Below, piece after piece: positions 37,701 to 46,186 of a stretch of 64,000 bases of DNA. The notes below the pieces were generated by a model. The model made no database searches, was not told the DNA's origin, and worked only from the letters and a program-made list of their open reading frames with translations. Each line of letters opens with the position of its first letter. Positions within the stretch are counted from its first letter, which is position 1. The position numbers and the translations under genes were made by a program. Source of the stretch: Nitrospinota bacterium (GTDB lineage Bacteria; Nitrospinota; Nitrospinia; Nitrospinales; VA-1); contig JAQCGX010000012.1 of assembly GCA_027619975.1 (NCBI GenBank), positions 6,845 to 70,844 of the forward strand, written 5' to 3'.

Positions 37701-38359
37701 GAGTGGGAGGCTTTCGCTTACTTGAAAGAATCAGGAACGAGCTGAATATTCAAATTCCCGCTGTGATGATGATGCCGATTGACACGCGCAAAGGTGATTT
37801 ACAACGTTGCAGAGAGATGGATATGGTGAGTTATGTGTCAAAATTTATCCATCCGAAAAAACTCCTCGAAAAAATTCTGGATACACTGGATAAAAAGGAA
37901 CCTGTCGCCAAAAAAATGGTAGTAGAAGCGATCCAAAAAGAGAATACTCCTGTAAGGGAAGATGCATTGAGAATTCTTCTCGTTGAAGATTCAGCTGACA
38001 ATCGATTGTTGATTCAACTGTATTTGAAAAAATCTCCGCATGAAGTGGACACTGCGGAAAATGGAGAGGAGGCAGTACAAAAATTTAACCCCGAGTCCTA
38101 TGACCTGGTGCTTATGGATATGGCGATGCCGGTAATGGACGGCTACACCGCCACACAAATGATCCGGAAAATGGAAAAAACAAATAATTTACAGGAAACT
38201 CCGATTATCGCCTTAACAGCCCACGCCTTGAAAGGGGACCGGGAAAAATGTCTGGATGCCGGTTGCACCGACTATATGGCGAAACCGATCAAAAAAGCTA
38301 AGCTTCTCGAAGTCCTTCAGGATTATCAAAAAGAATTAGCCAATGGTAAGAAAAAATAA
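34763..38359 (+). CDS. Hybrid sensor histidine kinase/response regulator (TM, Cache-like sensor, two PAS domains, HisKA, HATPase, a degenerate receiver and a canonical receiver)
   Basis: 1,198 aa. H-box SHEIRTPMNAIIGM, N-box LINLIGNAIKFT, G-boxes DTGVGI and GGTGLGLAIS. PAS segments begin IVDNVIDGIVTIDEKG and ILDSAGEGIYGLD. The last receiver contains DLVLMDMAMPVMDG. Confidence 0.9.
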   Translation: MGTRFNLNLPLKNAFSGMGRQIGFFIILVLSFMLVGWYVFQSVEKEMKRNLSNQLTTTLSANVESLRHWVREKKLDAEVLASQPETRAKILSLIELSNRENSTVKVLQQSEELQWLRKHLGEACKKYEYIGFVLLDDTGLQVGALLEEPVGKRQLIERSDFFYRTLQGETVLSNPFAGEVDLPDSHGVWQKNWPTMFVSTPVLDNAGKNVGVLAFRIRPEVKFTKILEVSRYGDTGETYAFDRDGIMLSDSRFNDQLKKLGLIPDGQGISAILNLEVRDPGGNLAKGFVPVTPRHQQPFTRMAESALNGKSGVDVEGYSDYRGVPVVGAWTWLPELYLGITTEIDVTEAFGPLYIIARGFKSIIGLLLFSTVVVFGQGLRQFRAEKERNLAKEKTEQSEAKIRAIVDNVIDGIVTIDEKGIIQVFNPAAVKIFGYRASEVLGKSINMLMPEPYKSQHDEYIKKYVASGRSVAMGMQRELIGLREDGSFFPLEIALTELIIEGKRLFTGVIRDISELKQQKVEMERVMNQNKLILDSAGEGIYGLDLQGNTTFVNPAAEKMLGYSVEELHGQPQHSLIHHSHADGTPYQRDECHIYAAFKDGKVRNEVNEVFWRKDGSSFPVEYVSTPIHEEGMIVGAVVTFKDITVRKKAEEELVLAKEKAEQAEAEAKLANAAKSEFLANMSHEIRTPMNAIIGMGDLLAESKLTEEQEQRVNVFRGAGENLLLLINDILDLSKIEAGQIELERIEFDPVQLLEKTIEILDLRAQEKGLELNYHVSPDVPKCLLGDAHRLRQVLINLIGNAIKFTEKGEVLVHVEKNQETDEAGGLYFSVSDTGVGIPSQNLKTIFTSFSQADSSITRKYGGTGLGLAISKRLVELMQGQIRVRSEMGEGSHFSFTVKFDADAPSEKEQLVIPERLKKMKVLLVEHRPSVRSMIKDHLLDWGLWVDDGDCGEMVLEILRRSQINDEPYSLLLVNSRLPGVGGFRLLERIRNELNIQIPAVMMMPIDTRKGDLQRCREMDMVSYVSKFIHPKKLLEKILDTLDKKEPVAKKMVVEAIQKENTPVREDALRILLVEDSADNRLLIQLYLKKSPHEVDTAENGEEAVQKFNPESYDLVLMDMAMPVMDGYTATQMIRKMEKTNNLQETPIIALTAHALKGDREKCLDAGCTDYMAKPIKKAKLLEVLQDYQKELANGKKK

Positions 38360-38624
38360 AGTCTAAATATCCGGATGTTTCTGCCAATCTCCTTTTCTCA
38401 TATTTTTTAATAAACACTATCCGTCTCACCAAACTCCCCAATAAATTCCCGCATAGGTAAACAGTTAGCCACTTTTAGCGGTATAATACTTTTCAAATGT
38501 CTCTGCAGGGATGAAGACCTCGAGAAGATAAGTTTCCCAGGCAAAAAAAGATGTTTTACCACCCGAAGAAGCCATATGTGTTGAACCGAAGTAAATGCCC
38601 ACCACATTGTCACAGGAGCCAATA

Positions 38625-39521
38625 ATGAAAATCGGATTTGTAGGGCTGGGGAAAATGGGAGCCAATATGGTCGAACGTCTTCTCAAAGGCGGTCATGACG
38701 TGGTGGCCTATGATCCGTCAGCGGTGGCGGTGGATGCCGTCGTGGAAAAAGGCGCCACAGGTTTACAATCTCTCGCCGGACTTGTTGCAAATTTACCGGA
38801 CCGGAAAGTGATCTGGTTGATGGTCCCGGCGGGAAAGCCGGTGGATGAAAATATCGCGGAACTGGCTTCACTGCTGAAAAAGGGCGGCATCATCATCGAC
38901 GGGGGAAACTCCAACTGGAGGGAAACTCAAAACCGAGCAAAGGATCTGGAAGCTCAGGGAATTGATTTTATCGACTGCGGAACCAGCGGCGGCGTGTGGG
39001 GGCTGGAAAATGGATATTGTTTGATGGCGGGTGGCAAGGATTCGGCTTGCGGGGAAGTCGAACCGGTATTTAAAACCCTGGCTCCTCCTGAAGGGTATTT
39101 ATACTGTGGACCCAGCGGCGCCGGGCATTTTGTGAAAATGATCCATAATGGCATTGAGTACGGCATGATGCAGGCATATGCGGAAGGTTTCGAGATTATG
39201 GAAAAGTCGCCTTTCGATCTGGATATTTTAGCCGTCACCAAAGTCTGGCAGAAGGGGAGTGTGGTGCGGTCGTGGTTATTGGAACTTGCCGAACTGGCGT
39301 TTACGGATGATCCCAAACTATCCAAAATCAAAAGTTATGTAGAGGACAGCGGTGAAGGGCGGTGGACGGTTCAGGCGGCAATGGATTTTGACGTGCCCGC
39401 CCCGGTGATCACGATGTCTCTTTTAGCCCGGTTTCAATCTCGGCAGCCGGACTCATTTGCCATGAAAGTTTTGGCGGCCCTCAGAAACCAGTTCGGCGGT
39501 CATTCAATTAAAAGGAAATAA
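38625..39521 (+). CDS. gnd: 6-phosphogluconate dehydrogenase, decarboxylating (short, roughly 300-aa form)
   Basis: The ATG at 38625 is preceded by aggag. Translation begins MKIGFVGLGKMGANMVERLL (Rossmann fold) and includes IIDGGNS and HFVKMIHNGIEYGMMQAYAEG. Confidence 0.85.
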   Translation: MKIGFVGLGKMGANMVERLLKGGHDVVAYDPSAVAVDAVVEKGATGLQSLAGLVANLPDRKVIWLMVPAGKPVDENIAELASLLKKGGIIIDGGNSNWRETQNRAKDLEAQGIDFIDCGTSGGVWGLENGYCLMAGGKDSACGEVEPVFKTLAPPEGYLYCGPSGAGHFVKMIHNGIEYGMMQAYAEGFEIMEKSPFDLDILAVTKVWQKGSVVRSWLLELAELAFTDDPKLSKIKSYVEDSGEGRWTVQAAMDFDVPAPVITMSLLARFQSRQPDSFAMKVLAALRNQFGGHSIKRK

Positions 39522-39522
39522 C

Positions 39523-41061
39523 ATGAAAAAACCGGGTAACTGCATACTTGTCATTTTTGGCGCATCTGGGGATTTGAGCAGAAGAAAATTGATTCCTTCT
39601 TTGTTCGATTTGCATAAGCTTGGTTTTCTTCCGGAGAATTTTTCCGTACTGGGAGTGGGCCGGTCCAAACTTTCGGATAGCAAATTCCGTGACCTCATGG
39701 TGGAAAGCGTAGAGGAATTTTCCGAGAGCAAACCGGTTGATGAAGAAAAACTGCAGAACTTTCTGAAAAAATTTCATTTCCTTTCCATGGACTCTTCCAA
39801 CGGTGAGGATTTTGCAAGATTAAAATCCAAGCTGGAGACTCTGGACAAGCGCTACAAAATCGGTGGAAACTATATTTATTATCTGGCGGTCCCACCCAGC
39901 ACTTACGAACCCATCATTCAAAACCTCGGGTTTCAGGGGTTGCAAAAGGAAAATTCATACCCCGCGGGTTGGAAGCGTTTGATCATCGAAAAACCCTTCG
40001 GGTATGACCTGAAATCGGCTTTGCATCTGATGAAAACCATGACCCGGATATTTCGTGAACCGCAGATTTATCGGATCGATCATTACCTGGGAAAAGAAAC
40101 CGTGCAGAACCTTCTGGTATTCAGATTCGCCAACGGTATTTTCGAACCCTTGTGGAACCGGAATTATATCCACCATGTCGAAATCACTGCCGCGGAAAGT
40201 ATCGGCGTTGAAGGGCGCGGACAGTATTATGACGGCGCCGGGGCGCTTCGCGATATGGTGCAAAACCATTTGATGCAGATCATGGGAGTCGTCGCCATGG
40301 AATCTCCCTCTTCCTTTGACTCCACGGCGGTACGCAATGAAACCGTCAAGGTGTTTCAATCTCTCAGAGAAATTCCCCGTGAGGAAGTGAGTGAATTTGC
40401 GGTTCGGGGGCAATACACCACTTCCGTCATAGACGGCGAAATTATCCCCGGTTACCGCGAGGAAGAAGGTGTCCCCGATGATTCCAGGATCGATACCTTT
40501 GCCGCGGTTAAGGTATTTATCGATAACTGGCGCTGGGGAGGGGTTCCGTTTTACATCCGCGCCGGGAAGAGGTTGCCCACACGGGTGACGGAGGTGGCCA
40601 TCCATTTCAAGCCCACTCCGCATTTCCTGTTTGCCAAGGAAAGCAAAGAAAGCGGCGGGCTCAACCAGTTGATCATGCGCATTCAGCCGAATGAAGGTAT
40701 CGTCCTGAAATTCGCCTTGAAAGTGCCCGGCGCCGGTTTTCACGTGCAGAACGTGAACATGGATTTTCATTATTCCGAATTGTCAAATACAAGGGTTGCG
40801 TCCGCCTATGAACGGTTATTGCTCGACTGTATGCTGGGCGACTCCACCCTGTATGCGCGGGGAGATGCGGTGGAAGCCTGCTGGCGGTTTGTTGATCCTA
40901 TTTTGCAGGAATGGCAAAACAATCCGGAACTCAAAGTGCATGGCTATCCGGCGGGGACCTGGGGGCCCAGAGAGGCCAATGCCTTGTTTCATGAGCATGG
41001 TGTCGAGTGGCGCTACCCTTGCAAAAACCTGGTGGACGATGGTCTTGTGTGTGAGTTTTAG
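39523..41061 (+). CDS. zwf: Glucose-6-phosphate dehydrogenase
   Basis: 512 aa. Contains FGASGDLSRRKL, the active-site motifs EKPFG and RIDHYLGKE. Confidence 0.92.
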   Translation: MKKPGNCILVIFGASGDLSRRKLIPSLFDLHKLGFLPENFSVLGVGRSKLSDSKFRDLMVESVEEFSESKPVDEEKLQNFLKKFHFLSMDSSNGEDFARLKSKLETLDKRYKIGGNYIYYLAVPPSTYEPIIQNLGFQGLQKENSYPAGWKRLIIEKPFGYDLKSALHLMKTMTRIFREPQIYRIDHYLGKETVQNLLVFRFANGIFEPLWNRNYIHHVEITAAESIGVEGRGQYYDGAGALRDMVQNHLMQIMGVVAMESPSSFDSTAVRNETVKVFQSLREIPREEVSEFAVRGQYTTSVIDGEIIPGYREEEGVPDDSRIDTFAAVKVFIDNWRWGGVPFYIRAGKRLPTRVTEVAIHFKPTPHFLFAKESKESGGLNQLIMRIQPNEGIVLKFALKVPGAGFHVQNVNMDFHYSELSNTRVASAYERLLLDCMLGDSTLYARGDAVEACWRFVDPILQEWQNNPELKVHGYPAGTWGPREANALFHEHGVEWRYPCKNLVDDGLVCEF

Positions 41062-41808
41062 GTGGGTGCCGAGATAAAATTATTTCCAGACGCGGTGGCG
41101 TTAGCAGAAGCCCTGGCTGAGGAGTTGCTAGCCGCCTCCTTGCAGGCTGGAAAGGCGGGGCGTTCGTTCAACCTGGTGCTGGCGGGCGGAAGTACCCCGC
41201 GCGCGGTGTACGAATATTTTTCCCGGTCCGAGTTTAAAAAATCTATCCCCTGGGATGTCATTCATTTTTTCTGGGGAGACGAGCGCTCAGTCCCTGCCGA
41301 TCATGAAGACAGCAACTACCGCATGACCCGGCAGGCTCTGCTGGACCCCCTCGCCATTCACCCGGAGAACATTCACCGCATTCACGGTGAAAACGATGCA
41401 AGCGATGAAGCCACTCGCTACGCCGAAGAGATCAAACGTCATTGCCATTTATACAATGGAGAAATGCCGCAGTTTGACTGGATTCTTCTGGGGTTGGGAA
41501 CCGATGGCCACACCGCCTCCCTGTTTCCCGGCGTGAAAGCGATTGAAGACCCGTCAGGCATCTGTGCCGTTGCCGTTCATCCCGGGAGCGGGCAAAAACG
41601 CATCACCCTCACTTTAAAAGTTTTGAATCATGCCAGGCGCGTGTCCTTCATTGTCACCGGACAGGGAAAAGCCGAAGTGGTAGCTGACATCCTCAACCAA
41701 TCCCCGCAAAGTCAACACTACCCCGCCGCCCACGTCCATCCCGAGCAAGGAACCCTCGAATGGTTTCTGGATGAGGAAGCGGCATCTACGATCAAAAAGA
41801 AATCCTGA
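41062..41808 (+). CDS. pgl: 6-phosphogluconolactonase
   Basis: 248 aa. The GTG start abuts the zwf stop. Contains LAGGSTP and LLGLGTDGHTASLFPG. Confidence 0.88.
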   Translation: MGAEIKLFPDAVALAEALAEELLAASLQAGKAGRSFNLVLAGGSTPRAVYEYFSRSEFKKSIPWDVIHFFWGDERSVPADHEDSNYRMTRQALLDPLAIHPENIHRIHGENDASDEATRYAEEIKRHCHLYNGEMPQFDWILLGLGTDGHTASLFPGVKAIEDPSGICAVAVHPGSGQKRITLTLKVLNHARRVSFIVTGQGKAEVVADILNQSPQSQHYPAAHVHPEQGTLEWFLDEEAASTIKKKS

Positions 41809-42801
41809 TCAGGAAACCAACACTTCAATCCGGTGGATTCCAGAAGTGCCGTTGGGGAAGGGATCGCGGAGATCGTCCTGCTGGATGCCGCTGTACTGGT
41901 CGGCGGCGCGCACGGCGATGCGGCAGCTCCCCGCACTCGGAAAGGCGCAGGGAAACGACCAGAACACCCACGAGGTGGGAGACAGGGGTTTTTCGAGTTT
42001 GGCGAGAGACCAGGTTCTTTCGCCGTCGATGGAAACCTGCACGTATTGAATTCCCCGGTCGCCGGCAAAGGCGATTCCGCGAATTACAGTTTGGCGGGAA
42101 CGCAATACTTCGTTATTCTCCGGCGTGTCTATGCGTGAAATTATTTTGACTTTCGCCTGTTTGGACCATCCTTTTTCATGCCAATATCCTTTAGGATGGT
42201 GATTAGCAACTTCGATTTCTTTAATCCACTTCATCTGCTTGATGCCGTAGAGGCCGGGGATCAATAAACGCAGGGGAAAGCCGTGATTCAAAGTCAAAGG
42301 TTGCCCGTTCATTTTAGTGGCGAGCAGGGCGGAGGGGTGTTTGGCTTTTTTGAGAGGAATACTTTCGTAATACCCGTCCTCGGCTCTTAAAATAAGGGTG
42401 CTGGAAAAAAAATGCGGATCGGCTTCGTCGATCAAGTCCTTCAACAAAACTCCTTCCCACTCGGCGTTGCCGATGGCGCGTCCCCCGACGGGGTTGCCGA
42501 TGCAGTTAAGGGTGATGATGCGTTTCACCGAGGGCCGGGACAGGATTTGTTTGTAGTCTAGCGTCAGCGGGTGATCCACTTTGCCTTTGACGGTCAAGCG
42601 CCAGTCTTTAGATCCCTTCCGCAATGATTTCGGCGGGCCTGAGGTGTCCTCGACATAGAATTCTTCTACCGGCGTGATGGGTAAGGGGTGCTTCCGCGTT
42701 TTGAATACGCGCGGCACCATATCCGCCAGGACTTTGAAGGGAAGGGTGAGTAGAAAGAAGGCAGTAAAAAACAGAAACCGTAGAAACCGCGACCGGGTCA
42801 T
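41809..42801 (-). CDS. Sulfite-oxidase-family molybdopterin oxidoreductase, N-terminally membrane-anchored
   Basis: The ORF is open to 42903, but I prefer the ATG at 42801 (MTRSRFLRFLFFTAFFLLTLPF...). Contains the Mo-ligand Cys context ITLNCIGNPVGG, plus HGFPLRLLIPGLYGIKQMKWI and a C-terminal Moco-dimerisation-like domain. Confidence 0.75.
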   Translation of the reverse strand: MTRSRFLRFLFFTAFFLLTLPFKVLADMVPRVFKTRKHPLPITPVEEFYVEDTSGPPKSLRKGSKDWRLTVKGKVDHPLTLDYKQILSRPSVKRIITLNCIGNPVGGRAIGNAEWEGVLLKDLIDEADPHFFSSTLILRAEDGYYESIPLKKAKHPSALLATKMNGQPLTLNHGFPLRLLIPGLYGIKQMKWIKEIEVANHHPKGYWHEKGWSKQAKVKIISRIDTPENNEVLRSRQTVIRGIAFAGDRGIQYVQVSIDGERTWSLAKLEKPLSPTSWVFWSFPCAFPSAGSCRIAVRAADQYSGIQQDDLRDPFPNGTSGIHRIEVLVS

Positions 42802-42829
42802 TTTCCAATGCAGGGGGAACGAGCCCCCA

Positions 42830-43807
42830 TTATCCGCAACAGGAGTCGGCTTTTTCAGCCGGTGTTTCTGAATCCAGATCGGTGACGATGAAATGCGCCG
42901 CATAGGGAGAGGTTTGCATCAACTCCGCCTGATCGGCATCGATGTCCACGGTCACCCCTACGTGGTACGTGTTGCCACCATGCGAAATGGAATCGAAGGG
43001 ACCGGCGTAGGTGGCGGTGTATTCACTGCAACAGGAAGCGGATTTGGATTCGTTCAGTTTGAACGCTTCCAGGGTATAAGAATAAAATTTGATCCCCTCC
43101 ACAATTTTCCACAGGTAGTCTTTTTTGATCTGGAAGCCGTGAAAGCCGTGGGGCCGTGCGGCATCCAGAAATTCGCCCAAGGTCAAGGCGCCGGAAATGC
43201 ACTCGCCCCATAACTCCTGATGATTGCGCATTTCCTGGGGAACTTCTTTTTCGGAAATGATATCGGCGATGACAAACCTGCCGCCGGGTTTTAAAATCCG
43301 GTTGATTTCCTCAAACACTGCTTTTTTATTGGTGGAAAGGTTGATCACGCAGTTGGAGGTGACAAGGTCCACCGACTGGTCTTGAAGAGGAATGGCTTCG
43401 AGAAAACCTTTTTTGAATTCGACATTATTATAACCAAGGTTCTCAGCCACTGGGATGGCATTTGTTTGTGCGACTTTGAGCATTTCATCGGTCATGTCGA
43501 TTCCGAAAACTTTGCCGGATTCGCCGACGAGTTTTGCCGCGATGAAGCAATCGATGCCGCCGCCGGAGCCCAGGTCGACCACGGTTTCTCCGGGTCGGAT
43601 ACTGGCTCGATTTACCGGACTGCCGCACCCGTAGGAAATGGCGCGGACTTCTTCGGGGATGTGGGAGAGATCGGCAGCATCGTATTGTGTCGGACAGCAC
43701 AGGCTTTCCTGGGCGGAGACAGCCGCTTTTGAGTAAAAATTACGGACATCTTCCCTGGAAACATCATCAGTTTCATCGGAATCACAACACGATCTTCTTT
43801 CGTTCAT
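42830..43807 (-). CDS. arsM: Arsenite S-adenosylmethionine methyltransferase-like protein
   Basis: 325 aa. Contains YGCGSPV, SAM motif [20 protein letters not shown] and WGECISGAL. These are the conserved Cys contexts of ArsM/AS3MT. There are four vicinal Cys pairs: SCCDS, LCCPT, SCCSE and SCCG. Confidence 0.8.
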   Translation of the reverse strand: MNERRSCCDSDETDDVSREDVRNFYSKAAVSAQESLCCPTQYDAADLSHIPEEVRAISYGCGSPVNRASIRPGETVVDLGSGGGIDCFIAAKLVGESGKVFGIDMTDEMLKVAQTNAIPVAENLGYNNVEFKKGFLEAIPLQDQSVDLVTSNCVINLSTNKKAVFEEINRILKPGGRFVIADIISEKEVPQEMRNHQELWGECISGALTLGEFLDAARPHGFHGFQIKKDYLWKIVEGIKFYSYTLEAFKLNESKSASCCSEYTATYAGPFDSISHGGNTYHVGVTVDIDADQAELMQTSPYAAHFIVTDLDSETPAEKADSCCG

Positions 43808-43842
43808 TTTCCAATCCTCTCCAAAAATTTAATAGCTCATTT

Positions 43843-44130
43843 TTAATGACGAGCTTCGATCATTTTTTTTATTTTATCTTTTGATTCCTGAGGTAGCGTC
43901 GCATCTTTTTTAACTGGAAAATCTTCTCGGCCCAGGTTTTTTGACAGCGCACTGATGGTTTCCAGCTGTCCCTTATAATACAGACAAACCCCACACAGGG
44001 CCAAATGGATTCTGATCTTCAACCGTTTGATAAAAGAAACCCGGTGATCCATCATTTCTGAAATCAGGGGAGAGGTGTCCTTGCATGTCAGGTTCAGCCA
44101 CCCCAATATAAAATTCATCAGTTTTTCCAT
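43843..44130 (-). CDS. Soluble zinc-binding anti-sigma factor (ZAS, zf-HC2 type)
   Basis: The ORF is open to 44160 and the start is ambiguous (44160, 44130 or 44118). Contains LTC....HLALCGVC, which is C...H-x3-C-x2-C. There is no hydrophobic transmembrane segment. It follows the sigma gene directly. Confidence 0.65.
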   Translation of the reverse strand: MEKLMNFILGWLNLTCKDTSPLISEMMDHRVSFIKRLKIRIHLALCGVCLYYKGQLETISALSKNLGREDFPVKKDATLPQESKDKIKKMIEARH

Positions 44131-44137
44131 AATAGAA

Positions 44138-44710
44138 CTATTCCGAATTTTTTCCATCAAACCAGTGGATTTCCAGACATTTCTTCAGTTGGTTCCGCGC
44201 CCGGTGCAGAATAACCCATAAGTTGGTCGGTTTAATGTTGAATTCATTACAAATTTCTTCTGTGCTCAGCCCTTCGATCTCTCTGAGAACGAAAACTTGC
44301 CGTAACTTATCCGGTAAATGATCCATACAGGTGGTCAGGGCTTCTGTAAGTGCTTGATTTTCCGCGGATTTTTCCGGGTCCAAGCCCCAATGCTGGGGGG
44401 TTTCCTTCCAGTGCCCTGAGGGGTCATACTCAAAAGGGTCTTTATCTTCCTCGGGAGCCAGATCAAATGTTCTGTTTTTCTTAATTTCCCGGAAGTGGTC
44501 TAGAATTTTATGCTTTAAAATTCCGAACAGCCAGCTTTTTTCCGAGGATCGCCCGGCAAACGTGTGGGTGGCTTGCAGGGCGGCGAAAAACGTGACCTGC
44601 ACGATTTCCTCGGCGGTCGGCGCATCCTTGACACGGACAAGAGTATAGCGGTACATGAGGTCCCCATACCGGTCCACCCATTGACTGGCGTCAATTTCCT
44701 GTTTATTCAT
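44138..44710 (-). CDS. ECF-type sigma-70 family RNA polymerase sigma factor
   Basis: I prefer the ATG at 44710 (MNKQEIDASQWVDRYGDLMYRY...); the ORF is open to a GTG at 44761. Region 2 contains FFAALQATHTF and WLFGILKHKILDHFR. Region 4 contains VFVLREIEGLSTEEICNEFNIKPTNLWVILHRAR. Confidence 0.85.
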   Translation of the reverse strand: MNKQEIDASQWVDRYGDLMYRYTLVRVKDAPTAEEIVQVTFFAALQATHTFAGRSSEKSWLFGILKHKILDHFREIKKNRTFDLAPEEDKDPFEYDPSGHWKETPQHWGLDPEKSAENQALTEALTTCMDHLPDKLRQVFVLREIEGLSTEEICNEFNIKPTNLWVILHRARNQLKKCLEIHWFDGKNSE

Positions 44711-44780
44711 TTGTTGATTGTTGGAACAAAAGTAATATTGCCTTGATCGCCTGCGGTCCACCCCATATACTTAAAAAATA

Positions 44781-45101
44781 ATGGAGACCATAGACTCAGA
44801 TGAATGCGCAAAAATTTTAAAGGCTTTAGGTGACGAGTCGCGGTTGAGAATTTTCCGTCTGCTTCTCCAGGGCGAGAGGAGTGTCTCAGACATTGTCCGC
44901 TCGCTGGACATCGTGCAACCACAGGCCTCCCACCACCTCTCGATATTACGTTCCTCCGGCCTGGTTGGTACGCGTCGGGAGGGCAATAAAATTATCAATT
45001 TTATCCATCCCGGAAAATATCATCTCACAAAAAAAGAAATAGGCATCCAACTGGGCTGTTGTTCCCTGAGTTTTGATAACGCCCGAAAACCATCGGCTTA
45101 G
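44781..45101 (+). CDS. arsR: ArsR/SmtB-family transcriptional regulator
   Basis: 106 aa. Contains LKALGDESRLRIFRLLLQGERSVSDIVRSLDIVQPQASHHLSILRSSGLV, a winged HTH. There is no ELCVCDL motif. Cys93-Cys94 lie in the C-terminal tail. Confidence 0.8.
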   Translation: METIDSDECAKILKALGDESRLRIFRLLLQGERSVSDIVRSLDIVQPQASHHLSILRSSGLVGTRREGNKIINFIHPGKYHLTKKEIGIQLGCCSLSFDNARKPSA

Positions 45102-45166
45102 CCGCTGGTTTTTATCTCCTCAACGCAACAATTTCTTCAACTCCCCGAATACTTCACTGGATAGTT

Positions 45167-46126
45167 TTATCCTACCAGCTTTTCTTTAATTTTGACTTCA
45201 TAAACTTGTTTCAGGAAAGATTTGAGGACCCTGAACGGATTAAAGGAGATGTCCAGAGGGATTTCCGCCAATTGGAAATCGGACACTTTCAATGCGTCCA
45301 GATTGTTTTCTCCCAGAATCTCGATGGCATCCAGATCATAAGTTCCAAATTCTTTAAGCCGGGCGGCTTCCAGGGCGTAGACTTTTTCCGGCGGCACACC
45401 CACGATTTCCGTGAGAACCCGATCCAGGGCGGTCAAATCCTGTCCCGCCGCCAACACTCCCAGGGGATAGGGCGTCCCGTTCGCGGGGCCCTGGCCCTGC
45501 ATGGCCTGAATGCCGTCTACTATAGTTAAGCTGGGGTTGACATGTTTGGCGATGTCCACCAGCATCTTCCCGAATTTCACCTTGTCGTTGTTCACCAAAC
45601 AATGAAGCACGGGTTTTCTTTTGCCGATCACCAATCCGAAAAGGTTTTTTATCGACAACGTCAGGGTCATCTGGCAATGCGACTTGAACTTGGGCAAATT
45701 GATGATGTGATCGTAATTCTGCAAGTTCCCTGCAATTTTGAGATGGGGAATACTTTCCTCTGTCAGCAAAGCCACCGGGTCTGAGAGCGGGACGATGTGC
45801 ACGCCATATTTTTTAGCAAGAGGACCATAACCGGCTTTGCGGGCCACGGCAGGTAGACTTCCAAGTGCCGGGCTGTCACTGATGGCGATATGGTTTATGG
45901 ATCGATCCTTGAGCACCCGACAAACCGCTTCGAGAAGCACGGGATGGGTGGTGACGCAGCGATCGGGCTTGAAGGCCCGCAGTAAATTGGGTTTGAGCAG
46001 AACTTTTTGCCCGGAACGAAACGGACGATCCGCAGAGTCAAACTCGCTAAAGCTATCCCGGACGAACTGCTCGACCTCATTGAGGTCATAACGTTCAATT
46101 TTCTTTAAAAGAATTCTGGTTTTCAT
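45167..46126 (-). CDS. DUF362 domain protein
   Basis: 319 aa. The assignment rests on my recollection of the family's overall sequence pattern (KVLLKPNLL..., THP..., IINLPKFKSH), so confidence is moderate. Confidence 0.55.
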   Translation of the reverse strand: MKTRILLKKIERYDLNEVEQFVRDSFSEFDSADRPFRSGQKVLLKPNLLRAFKPDRCVTTHPVLLEAVCRVLKDRSINHIAISDSPALGSLPAVARKAGYGPLAKKYGVHIVPLSDPVALLTEESIPHLKIAGNLQNYDHIINLPKFKSHCQMTLTLSIKNLFGLVIGKRKPVLHCLVNNDKVKFGKMLVDIAKHVNPSLTIVDGIQAMQGQGPANGTPYPLGVLAAGQDLTALDRVLTEIVGVPPEKVYALEAARLKEFGTYDLDAIEILGENNLDALKVSDFQLAEIPLDISFNPFRVLKSFLKQVYEVKIKEKLVG

Positions 46127-46186
46127 TTTGATAATTATACCGGGATGGAGGCAAGAAACAACAAGCTTTGAAGTGATTTCTTCGGG

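Noticed and set aside
39955-40770. A 271-aa minus-strand ORF inside zwf
   Set aside because: It is antisense to an unambiguous glucose-6-phosphate dehydrogenase (EKPFG, RIDHYLGKE).
42802-42903. An upstream extension of the sulfite-oxidase-family ORF that overlaps the arsM 3' end by 74 nt
   Set aside because: The internal ATG at 42801 starts directly with a basic-then-hydrophobic anchor (MTRSRFLRFLFF...). The extension has no features. I cannot fully exclude it.
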